A stretch of 64,000 nucleotides of DNA, taken from contig DASVYO010000088.1 in the NCBI GenBank assembly GCA_036392135.1, positions 13,131 to 77,130 on the forward strand, read 5' to 3'. Both the position numbers and the translations under genes were made by a program. Each line of letters begins with the position of its first letter. The stretch's first letter is position 1. This stretch comes from Solirubrobacteraceae bacterium (lineage in GTDB: Bacteria > Actinomycetota > Thermoleophilia > Solirubrobacterales > Solirubrobacteraceae). The notes under the pieces are model-generated. The model searched no databases, was not told where the DNA came from, and worked only from the letters and a program-made list of their open reading frames with translations. Shown piece by piece: positions 56,399-64,000 of this stretch.

Positions 56399-57742
56399 TC
56401 AGCTGCGACCGACCCGGATCAGCTCCTCAAGCCGTACCAGCTTGACGCGGGGGCGTCCCTCCGGCTCACCCAGCCTGGCCTCATGCACGTCGATTGCCTC
56501 CCAACCCTCCCAGGTCACGTGATCGGGTACGCGCTCGTCGAGCCAGGCGGCGATCGCCTCCGGCTCACCGGAACCGCCGGCGGGCCGGCGCAGGCGTCCC
56601 TGCTCGGCATCCTCAAGGATGCGGCCCACCGTGTCGGCGGCGTCCTTCTTGTTGGTGCCGATCACGCCCGACGGCCCGCGCTTGATCCAGCCGACCACAT
56701 ATTCCCCCGGGCACGGTCCCGCCTCGCTCAGCACCCGGCCCCCCTCGTTGCGGATCAGGCCGCTCGCCTCGTCGAAGGGGACGCCCGCGATGGGCTCCCC
56801 GCGGTAGCCGATCGAGCGCAGGACCAGTCCGCACTCGATCACCTCCTCCTCACCGGTCGGCTCCGCGCCGACGCTCCCGTCGGATCTCGGCACGAGCCGG
56901 TTAACGCCGACCCTGACGCCGGTCACCGGCCCGTTCTCGCCCTCTCCCAGGATCTCGAGCGGCGAGCGCAGGAAGCGCAGCTCGATACGGTGGCTCTTGC
57001 CGGACGGCACGCGGGTCGAGTACTCGCGGAGGATCTCGACGTTGCGGCGCTTGGTGGCGTCCGCGGGCGCTTCGACACCGTCGAGCTGTGCGGGATCCAC
57101 GATCACGTCGGCGCGCTGCAGCTCACCGAGCTCACGCAGCTCCGGGTTGGTGAACGAGGCCTGCGCCGGGCCGCGGCGGCCGAGCAGGATGACCTCGGTC
57201 ACTCCAGCCTGGCCAAAGGCCTCGATCGCGTGGTCGGCGGTGTCGGTCGGTGCGAGCTCGCCCGGGTCGAGCACCAGCATGCGGGCCACGTCGATGGCCA
57301 CGTTGCCGTTGCCGACCACGATCGCGCGGCCGCCACCGAGATCGAACTGATGGTCGGCGAACTGGGGATGGCCGTTGTACCAGGCGACGAACTCGGTGGC
57401 GGCGTGTGAACCGGGGCGGTCCTCACCGGGGATCCCGAGACGGTTGTCGGTGGCCGTCCCGACGGCGTAGATGACCGCCTCGTAGCGGGCCAGCAGATCG
57501 TCCCGGGTCACCGCGTCGCCCAGCGTGACCCCGCCGAAGAAGCGAAACGCCTCATGGCTGGCCGTCTTGGCGTACACGCGCGTGACCGACTTGATCTTCG
57601 GATGGTCAGGCGCCACGCCGGCCCGCACGAGACCGAACGGCGTGGGCAGCGCGTCATACAGATCGACCGCGAAACCGGCCTTGAGCAGCTGGTCGGTGGC
57701 GTAGAAGCCGGACGGTCCGGCGCCGATGACCGCTGCTCTCAT
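56399..57742 (-). CDS. NADPH-ferredoxin reductase (FprA/adrenodoxin reductase-like)
   Basis: GAGPSGFY, PFGLVRAGVAPDHPKIK, GNGNVAIDVAR, GRRGPAQ..FT..ELREL, GWIKRGPSGVIGTNK. Confidence 0.92.
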   Translation of the reverse strand: MRAAVIGAGPSGFYATDQLLKAGFAVDLYDALPTPFGLVRAGVAPDHPKIKSVTRVYAKTASHEAFRFFGGVTLGDAVTRDDLLARYEAVIYAVGTATDNRLGIPGEDRPGSHAATEFVAWYNGHPQFADHQFDLGGGRAIVVGNGNVAIDVARMLVLDPGELAPTDTADHAIEAFGQAGVTEVILLGRRGPAQASFTNPELRELGELQRADVIVDPAQLDGVEAPADATKRRNVEILREYSTRVPSGKSHRIELRFLRSPLEILGEGENGPVTGVRVGVNRLVPRSDGSVGAEPTGEEEVIECGLVLRSIGYRGEPIAGVPFDEASGLIRNEGGRVLSEAGPCPGEYVVGWIKRGPSGVIGTNKKDAADTVGRILEDAEQGRLRRPAGGSGEPEAIAAWLDERVPDHVTWEGWEAIDVHEARLGEPEGRPRVKLVRLEELIRVGRS

Positions 57743-58710
57743 GCCGGGCGATCGGGTTCGGATTGAGGCATGTTGCGAGGGTAGCTACGCGCGAGAACCC
57801 GGCGCCGCCCGGGCTGCCAGCGGGCCAGGGCCACGCCGGCCAGACAGAGAACGCCGCCGGGCACGGCGAGCAGCGGCGGGACCTCGCCCAACAGGGCCCA
57901 GCCCAGCAGCAGGGCGACCGGCGGCACCAGGTACGTGGTCGAGCCCATCCGCCCTGCGGTGGTGTGGGACAAGGCATAGGCCCAGGTGAGGAAACCGACC
58001 GCGGTCGGCGCCAGGCCCAGGTAGACGATCCAGGACAGCGCTCCGGCGGGGGCCCGGCCGGCCTGGTCGATCAGCGCCGGGGCGAACGGGAGGCAGCCGG
58101 CCGCGCCGACCAGACAGGCCAGCCAGGTCACGGCCAGCGGGGTGGCGTCGCGGAGCACCGGCTTTTGAGCCACCACCCCGGCCGCGTAGGTCAGCGCGGC
58201 CACGATGCACAGAGCCGCGCCCAGCGCCCCGTCATGCGTGTGGTGCGCGCTGGCCAGGCCGATCAGGGCGGCGCCCGCGAACGCCACCACGCAGCCGGCC
58301 AGCAGCAGCCGCGGAAAGCCCTCGCGCAGGATCAGGCCGGCCAGTACGGCGATGAAGATCGGTCCGACATTGACCAGCACGGCGGCGATTCCGGCGTCGA
58401 GATGGCGCTCGGCAGCGTTCAGGGCAACGTTGTAGGCCCCGAACCAGAGCAGACCGCAGATCGCTATTCCCGGCAGCGCCCGGCGCGGGGGCAGCGGCTC
58501 GTGCCGGGTGATCATCAGCGTGCCCAGGGCCACGGCTCCGATCAGGAGCCGGCCGAGCGCCAGCTCGCCGGGACCGAGGTGGTGACCGGCGGAGCGGATG
58601 CCGACGAAGGCCGAGGCCCATAGGAGCACGGTGACGGCAACCGCCACGACGACCCCCACCGGGGGCCGGGTCTCGCCGGGCGCGGGCGTCGGGTCAGGCA
58701 CGCCGGCCAT
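57739..58710 (-). CDS. DMT/EamA family transporter
   Basis: LWASAFVGIR, ALGRL, two EamA repeats of five TM helices each. Confidence 0.9.
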   Translation of the reverse strand: MAGVPDPTPAPGETRPPVGVVVAVAVTVLLWASAFVGIRSAGHHLGPGELALGRLLIGAVALGTLMITRHEPLPPRRALPGIAICGLLWFGAYNVALNAAERHLDAGIAAVLVNVGPIFIAVLAGLILREGFPRLLLAGCVVAFAGAALIGLASAHHTHDGALGAALCIVAALTYAAGVVAQKPVLRDATPLAVTWLACLVGAAGCLPFAPALIDQAGRAPAGALSWIVYLGLAPTAVGFLTWAYALSHTTAGRMGSTTYLVPPVALLLGWALLGEVPPLLAVPGGVLCLAGVALARWQPGRRRVLARSYPRNMPQSEPDRPA

Positions 58711-58762
58711 GTTGCCTGAAGCCGTCGAGAGGGTCCGCCGGCCGGTGCTCCCGGCCGTCCCA

Positions 58763-60286
58763 TCACACGGACAGTCGCGCCCGCAGGGCCTTGCGGTCGA
58801 TCTTGCCCCCCGGCGTCAGGGGGATCGTGGCGATTAGGCGCACCTCGCGCGGGTACCGGTAGCCGCCGATCCGCTCGCGCGCCCAGGTGATCAGCGCCTC
58901 GGGGTCGAGCATGGCTCCGGCTCGAGGGGCCACGAACGCCACCACCTCCTCGCCGTGGACCGAGCTCGGGCGGCCGACGACGCCCGCCATCTCGACATCC
59001 GGGTGCTCGACGAGGGCATCCTCGATATCCCGGGGGTAGACGTTGAACCCGCCGCGGATGATGAGGTCCTTCTTGCGGTCGAGGATGAACAGGTAGCCCT
59101 GCTCGTCCCGATAGCCGATGTCGCCGGTATGCAGCCAGCCATCCTCGAGGGCCTCGGCGGTGGCCTCGGGCGAGTTCCAGTACCCGCGCATCACGCCCGG
59201 CGAACGCGCGCAGATCTCCCCCTCCTGCCCGTCGGGCAGCTCCCGGCCCTCGCCGTCGATGACCTTGATCTCGGTCCCCGGCACCGGCCGGCCGACCGAG
59301 CCGGCCCGCTCGCGCCCGATCGGGTTGGTCGAGATCAGGGCCGCCGTCTCGGTCAGCCCGTAGCCCTGCCGGATCGAGGCCGTGGGCACGCGGCGGATGA
59401 ACTCCTCCTGGACCTCGGGGGCCAGCGGCGCGCCGCCGGAGGTCAGGTAGCGCAGGCTCGAGAGGTCGTAGTCCTCGAGCGGCTTGCCGAGCAGGATCTG
59501 GAGCATCGAGGGCACGACCGCGCTGATCTGCAGCCGATGCTCGCCGACCAGCTGGAGAAACGCATCGGGATCGAACCAGCGCAGCAGCACGCCCACCCCC
59601 GGCTCGGAGGAGTGCAGCCCCGCGATCGTGACCAGGAGCCCGTAGGCGTGCGAGAGCGGCAGCGTCCCGAGCCCTCGGTTGACGCCCGGCACGTGGGACG
59701 CCTCGTGGGCGGCGGACCCCGAGTAGTACAGGTTCGCGTGGCTGAGCATGACGCCCTTGGCGCGACCCGTGGTGCCGCCGGTGTAGAGCAGCGCGGCCAG
59801 GTCGTCGTCGGCGCGCGGCACGAGCGGACCCGGCTGCGCGAGCTCGAGCTCGGACAGCTCGAGCACATCCTGGCCGTCGGCCACCGTGCTGATCACGTGG
59901 CGCACGCAGTCGAGCCCGTCGACGGCCGTCAGGATCTTGTCGATGAACTCGGGGGTGGTGATGACCGCGGTCGCCCCGGCGTCGGCGACCACATGTCGCA
60001 GGTCGGGGCCCGGGAGCAGGAACATGGCCGGCGTGACCACCGCTCCGGCTCGCCACAGCGCCTGGTAGATGATGCCCACCTCGGGACAGTTGGCCATCGA
60101 GACCACCACCCGGTCCCCCGGAGCCACGCCGAGCTCCTGCAGGCCGGCGGCGATCCGGCATGAGCGGTCAAACAGTTCCCCGGAGCGGTGCCAGTGCCCC
60201 TCGAACAGCAGCGCCCGGTAGTCGCCCCGCCGGGCGTAGGACTCCTCGGCCAGCCGGCCGAGATGTCGGGTGCCGATCGCAGTCAT
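58763..60286 (-). CDS. AMP-binding acyl-CoA synthetase (long-chain fatty acid--CoA ligase-like)
   Basis: YTGGTTGRAKG, GYGLTE, WLHTGD, DRKKDLIIRGG.NVYP, GGKIDRK. Confidence 0.93.
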   Translation of the reverse strand: MTAIGTRHLGRLAEESYARRGDYRALLFEGHWHRSGELFDRSCRIAAGLQELGVAPGDRVVVSMANCPEVGIIYQALWRAGAVVTPAMFLLPGPDLRHVVADAGATAVITTPEFIDKILTAVDGLDCVRHVISTVADGQDVLELSELELAQPGPLVPRADDDLAALLYTGGTTGRAKGVMLSHANLYYSGSAAHEASHVPGVNRGLGTLPLSHAYGLLVTIAGLHSSEPGVGVLLRWFDPDAFLQLVGEHRLQISAVVPSMLQILLGKPLEDYDLSSLRYLTSGGAPLAPEVQEEFIRRVPTASIRQGYGLTETAALISTNPIGRERAGSVGRPVPGTEIKVIDGEGRELPDGQEGEICARSPGVMRGYWNSPEATAEALEDGWLHTGDIGYRDEQGYLFILDRKKDLIIRGGFNVYPRDIEDALVEHPDVEMAGVVGRPSSVHGEEVVAFVAPRAGAMLDPEALITWARERIGGYRYPREVRLIATIPLTPGGKIDRKALRARLSV

Positions 60287-60488
60287 GCCGGGGACGAGGA
60301 GTGAGTGATGGTTAGTGCGTCGGAGACGGGGCCGGCAACGATAACGGGGCCCGCGAGCGTTTTTTCTTCACCCCGATCGGGAAGGAAGCAATCACGTCCA
60401 GGAGTTGGAGGAGGACCGCATCCGCGGTAGCCAGGTGCGACCAGGACCTCCCTTCTGGGTTCAGTCCATCTGACCGTTAGGAGCGCAC

Positions 60489-60644
60489 ATGATCACTCTT
60501 GGCCTGATCTTGTTGATCATCGGCCTTGTGGCCAGCATTCCGATCCTTTACACGATCGGGATCATCCTGCTCATCGTCGGCGTGGTTCTCTTCGCGCTGG
60601 GATCGGCAGGCCGGGCCGTCGGCGGACGCCGACACTATTACTGA
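60489..60644 (+). CDS. Small membrane protein (51 aa), DUF6131-like; not in the ORF track
   Basis: MITLGLILLIIGLVASIPILYTIGIILLIVGVVLFALGSAGRAVGGRRHYY with AGGAG RBS; the GRAVGGRRHYY tail is typical of this actinobacterial family. Confidence 0.8.
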   Translation: MITLGLILLIIGLVASIPILYTIGIILLIVGVVLFALGSAGRAVGGRRHYY

Positions 60645-60668
60645 CCTCGACGGTCGGTTTGCCGTACC

Positions 60669-60692
60669 GGCGGGGACGGATCCGTCCCCGCC
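60669..60692. terminator. 24-bp perfect palindrome between convergent genes, probable bidirectional terminator
   Basis: GGCGGGGACGGA|TCCGTCCCCGCC is its own reverse complement (10-bp stem with GATC loop). Confidence 0.55.
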
Positions 60693-60763
60693 GCGCAGTT
60701 CCACCATCTGACGCTCGACCGGGCCGCGGATCAGCTCGCCCTCGCCTGAGCCGCGACCGGCGC

Positions 60764-61495
60764 TCAGCACGTGTACAGCGGCGCCGAGCTGCCCGGCCCG
60801 ACGCTCGGGGCATCCACCCGGCCTCCGACCGAGAGCCGGCCCACGTAACCCAGATGGATCACGTACCACCGCCCCCGCCAGGAGATCATTGAGGCGATCC
60901 CGAACGATCGCACCACCCCGCCCTCCCGGTAGACCATGCGCGCGTTGGGCACCTCGTAATAGCCGACCTGGTTCTCGCACACACCGGGCGTGACCCAGTG
61001 CGCGTAGGCCTCGGGCACGGTCACGCCGACGAGCTCGGTGCCCGCCGGCGGCGTGCCCAGCAGGGCGTGCGCGGCCGCGATGTCGAGCTCGTAGTCGGCC
61101 AGCAGCCGGTAGCGCCAGTCGGCGGCCGCATCGCCGATCGACTTCAGCTGGGTGTAGGCCGTCACCGGGAAGAAGGCCGGAACACCGGCGGCGGCATGGT
61201 CTGTCAGCACCGCCGTCCACAGGGCCCGCATCTCGCCGCGGAAGGCCCGGGTCTGGCTCGACGGGAGCTGATCGGTCTGGGGCTTCAGCCCGGGGTCGGG
61301 CGCGGGGCGTCGTCGGTGCCTGCGCAGGACGCGAGCCGCATTGGCGACCGTGCTCGTTGTCGTTGGCGGGGCGCCGGCGACGGTCGGCGGTCGGGGCCTC
61401 GCGCTCGACGCCTGTCCGGAGCTCGCTGACGCACCACAGCCCGCCAGCGCCAGGCACGCCAGGCCGCTCAGCGCGATCGCTCTCGACCGGGTCAT
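60764..61495 (-). CDS. Lipoprotein of unknown function
   Basis: Signal peptide II with LAGC lipobox, P/A/T-rich linker, globular C-terminal domain. Confidence 0.75.
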   Translation of the reverse strand: MTRSRAIALSGLACLALAGCGASASSGQASSARPRPPTVAGAPPTTTSTVANAARVLRRHRRRPAPDPGLKPQTDQLPSSQTRAFRGEMRALWTAVLTDHAAAGVPAFFPVTAYTQLKSIGDAAADWRYRLLADYELDIAAAHALLGTPPAGTELVGVTVPEAYAHWVTPGVCENQVGYYEVPNARMVYREGGVVRSFGIASMISWRGRWYVIHLGYVGRLSVGGRVDAPSVGPGSSAPLYTC

Positions 61496-61933
61496 CTAGC
61501 CGAGACGCGCCTCGGTCGCCGGGTCGCCTTGACCCCCGTAATAGCGCCGGAGAACCGCCCTGAACGCAGGCTCGCCGGGATCCGCCCGCGCGAACAGGGT
61601 CATTGAGGAGCGGAGCTTGAGCGCATCGATCGAGCCCAGGATCGCTTCCGGGTCCTCGGGGCCGTCGAGCTCGGCCAGCGCCCGGGCGGCTTCGCGCAGC
61701 CGGGAGCCGAGCACCGGGTGGGCGAGATATGCCTCGGCCTCGGCCAGCGACCCGATCGCGTAGCGCTGCGCGGCGGGGCTCGATCCCAGTCCCCTGATCT
61801 GCGGGAACACGAACCACATCCAGTGGCCGCGCTTGGCGCCCGCGCGCAACTCGGCCAGCGCGCTCCGGTACGTGCCGGACTGGTCCTGCGCGGCCACGAA
61901 CCGCTCGAGGTCGTAGGTGTCGCCCGTGGACAC
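61496..61933 (-). CDS. DUF1810 domain protein
   Basis: YDLERFVAAQ, ELRAG.KRGHWMWFVFPQI.GLGSS, YLAHPVLG.RL, DALKLRSSMTLF. Confidence 0.9.
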   Translation of the reverse strand: MSTGDTYDLERFVAAQDQSGTYRSALAELRAGAKRGHWMWFVFPQIRGLGSSPAAQRYAIGSLAEAEAYLAHPVLGSRLREAARALAELDGPEDPEAILGSIDALKLRSSMTLFARADPGEPAFRAVLRRYYGGQGDPATEARLG

Positions 61934-61974
61934 GGGTCGAGAGTATCCCCCTGGACCGACCTAAGATCGAGACC

Positions 61975-63030
61975 ATGGACCGGCTCGGCTTCCTCTCCTT
62001 CGGCCACTGGCAGGCCGGATCGATGACCCCGACGCCGGCCGAGGCGCTCACGCAGACGATCGAGCTGGCGGAGGCGGCGGAGGCGATCGGGATCGATGGC
62101 GCCTACGTGCGGGTGCATCACTTCGCGCGTCAGCTGGCCTCGCCGTTCCCGCTGCTGGCGGCGATCGGTGCCCGCACCCGCCGGATCGAGATCGGCACCG
62201 CGGTGATCGACATGCGCTACGAGAACCCGCTCTACATGGCTGAGGAAGCGGCCGCCGCGGATCTGATCAGCGGTGGCCGGCTGCAACTCGGGATCAGCCG
62301 CGGTTCGCCCGAGCCGGCCGAGCGGGGCGCCGAAGCCTTCGGTCATGTCCCACCCGCCGGCCACAGCGACGCCGATCTGGCCCGGGCCCACGCCCGCCGC
62401 TTCCGTGACGCGATCTCCGGCGCGACGGTCGTTCGCTCCGATCCCCGGATGACCGGCACGGCCGTCGGCCTGGCCGTCCAACCCCAGTCGCCCGGTCTCG
62501 CGGAGCGGATCTGGTGGGGGTCGGGCACCCGCCAGACAGCCACCTGGACCGGGGAGCAGGGCATGAACCTGATGAGCTCGACGCTGCTCAGTGAGGACAC
62601 GGGTGTGCCCTTCGACGAGCTTCAGGCGGAGCAGATCGCGCTGTACCGGGCGGCCTGGGCGGAGGCCGGCTGGGAGCGCGAGCCCCGCGTTTCGGTCAGC
62701 CGCAGTGTGCTGCCGATCCGCAATGACCTCGACCGGCGGCTATTCGGCGGGCGCTCCGGTGACAGCGACCAGCTCGGCTATCTGGAGGGCGTGGTGGCCC
62801 GCTTCGGGCGCACCTACACGGGCGAGCCGGACGCGATCGCGCAGGAGCTGAGGCAGGATGCCGCCGTTCAGGCCGCCGACACGCTGCTGGTGACCGTGCC
62901 CAACCAGCTCGGCGTGGAGTACAACGCCGGGCTGCTCGAGACGATCGCTCGCGACGTGGTCCCGGCGCTCGGCTGGGCCCCGCCGGATCCGGACGGGTCA
63001 GCCCGCGGAGCGTTCGAGCAGCTCCCGTAG
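61975..63030 (+). CDS. LLM class flavin-dependent oxidoreductase
   Basis: GFLSFGHW, VRVHHFARQLASPFPLLAA, IGTAVIDMRYENP, LGISRGSPE; TAAGAT -10 7 nt upstream. Confidence 0.9.
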   Translation: MDRLGFLSFGHWQAGSMTPTPAEALTQTIELAEAAEAIGIDGAYVRVHHFARQLASPFPLLAAIGARTRRIEIGTAVIDMRYENPLYMAEEAAAADLISGGRLQLGISRGSPEPAERGAEAFGHVPPAGHSDADLARAHARRFRDAISGATVVRSDPRMTGTAVGLAVQPQSPGLAERIWWGSGTRQTATWTGEQGMNLMSSTLLSEDTGVPFDELQAEQIALYRAAWAEAGWEREPRVSVSRSVLPIRNDLDRRLFGGRSGDSDQLGYLEGVVARFGRTYTGEPDAIAQELRQDAAVQAADTLLVTVPNQLGVEYNAGLLETIARDVVPALGWAPPDPDGSARGAFEQLP

Positions 63031-63945
63031 CTCGGCTGCGTTGCGCACGCCGTAGTCCCGGTAGCAGTTGTTCATCAGCAGGTGAGTCTCTGCCGCCTCC
63101 CCGGCCAGCTCGGCGATCGGCTCGGCGAGCTCGCTCAGCTCCGAGCTCGAGTACTCGTAGCGGAACCGTTCTGCCGCGGTCCGCGTGTGGGCGGACCAGG
63201 TGTCATCCGCGCGCCCGTGGAAGCGGACCACGAACAGCTCGGGGTTGGTCAGCGCAAACAGGCGGGGCAGGCCGGAGACCTCCGGTGCGTCCACGCACGC
63301 GAGCACCAGGCCCAGGTCTTCGAGCAGGCCGAGCGTGCGCTCGCGGTCGCGCTCCTCGGCCAGCCAGGCGGGGGACCGAAACTCGATGCAGACGCGGTAA
63401 TCGGGGAGCCGCTCGGGCAGCGCCTTCAGCGCCTCGCGGTTGTCCCGGCGGGGTCCGAACCACGGCGGATACTGAAATAGGACGGTCCCCAGCTTGCCCG
63501 CCTCATGCAGCGGCCGCAGGGCGGCCTCGAACCGCCGCCAGGCCTCGTCGAGCGCCTCGGGATCGAGATGATGGGCGTAGAGGTTGCGTTTGTCCCGCAC
63601 CTCGGCGGGGAGTCCGTCCCGCAGATCACGCCAAAGGCTGCCCGGCCGCGTCGGATGTCCGGTGAACAGCGAGTAGGCCTTGACGTCAAAGCGAAAGCCG
63701 TCCGGCGTCCGCTGCGCCCACAGGCCGGCCTGCTGCTCGGCCGGCGGGGCGTAGTAGGTGGAGTCGACCTCCGTCAGGGGGAAGTGCGCGGCATAGAACT
63801 GCAGCCGCGCCTGCGCCGACATCGTCCGGCTCGGGTACCAGTCGGTCTCCTCGACCAGGGTCTTGTCGGTCCACGAGCACGTGCCCGTGAGGACCTCGTG
63901 GCCGCCGATCGTGACCCGCGGCCCCAGCTCGAGCTCATCGCTCAT
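62998..63945 (-). CDS. DUF72 domain protein
   Basis: GTCSW, YA..F.LTEVDSTYY, FDVKA, KLGTVLFQYPPWF, IEFR...W, VRFHGR, RYEYS..EL, NNCY. Confidence 0.9.
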   Translation of the reverse strand: MSDELELGPRVTIGGHEVLTGTCSWTDKTLVEETDWYPSRTMSAQARLQFYAAHFPLTEVDSTYYAPPAEQQAGLWAQRTPDGFRFDVKAYSLFTGHPTRPGSLWRDLRDGLPAEVRDKRNLYAHHLDPEALDEAWRRFEAALRPLHEAGKLGTVLFQYPPWFGPRRDNREALKALPERLPDYRVCIEFRSPAWLAEERDRERTLGLLEDLGLVLACVDAPEVSGLPRLFALTNPELFVVRFHGRADDTWSAHTRTAAERFRYEYSSSELSELAEPIAELAGEAAETHLLMNNCYRDYGVRNAAELRELLERSAG

Positions 63946-63957
63946 GACCAGGCGCGA

Positions 63958-64000
63958 CTACGCCGCCGCGGGCTCTGCGGTCTCGAGGACGATGCCCCGC
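63958..64000 (-). CDS. Partial C-terminus of a gene continuing beyond the window
   Basis: Minus-strand frame ...GIVLETAEPAAA ends in TAG at 63960-63958, just upstream of DUF72. Confidence 0.35.
   Translation of the reverse strand, partial: RGIVLETAEPAAA

Noticed and set aside
60287-60488. Possible ncRNA or riboswitch in the 200-bp gap (weak GGGCC/GGCCC stem plus T-run at about 60359)
   Set aside because: No family consensus recognised and the stem is poor; probably divergent promoters.

Overview
A very high-GC bacterial chromosomal window. Gene content, leaderless TANNNT promoters and DUF6131/BldC-like/MptA-like genes suggest Actinomycetota, most likely Thermoleophilia/Solirubrobacterales (inference, not a database result). 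It is mostly housekeeping and metabolism: a sirC-moaC-mog-ccmABCD-hemA cofactor operon, rarA, hisN, an FtsH paralogue, a Lrp-controlled phhA/hppD/hmgA/FAH aromatic amino acid catabolic cluster, ychF, a 5'-3' exonuclease, SpoIID, acetolactate synthase, fumC, ileS, trxA, polX, lgt, otsB, three GT-C glycosyltransferases, a DivIVA-like protein, an acyl-CoA dehydrogenase pair, and redox/transport genes. I see no rRNA, tRNA, CRISPR array, transposase or phage gene. Two regions stand out. (1) A solo AbiEi-DUF559 nuclease gene carries tandem REP-like hairpins at its 5' end, and a related hairpin with compensatory stem changes sits 22 kb away in an intergenic gap; this is a candidate nuclease-plus-palindromic-repeat system. 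(2) A four-to-five-gene signalling module (BldC-like HTH, membrane HD-GYP with altered catalytic residues, two CarH-like regulators lacking B12-ligating residues, and a divergent His-less alpha/beta hydrolase) has a shared TTG(T/C)GCAA motif upstream of all three regulators. All family calls come from motif recognition by eye; no searches were run.
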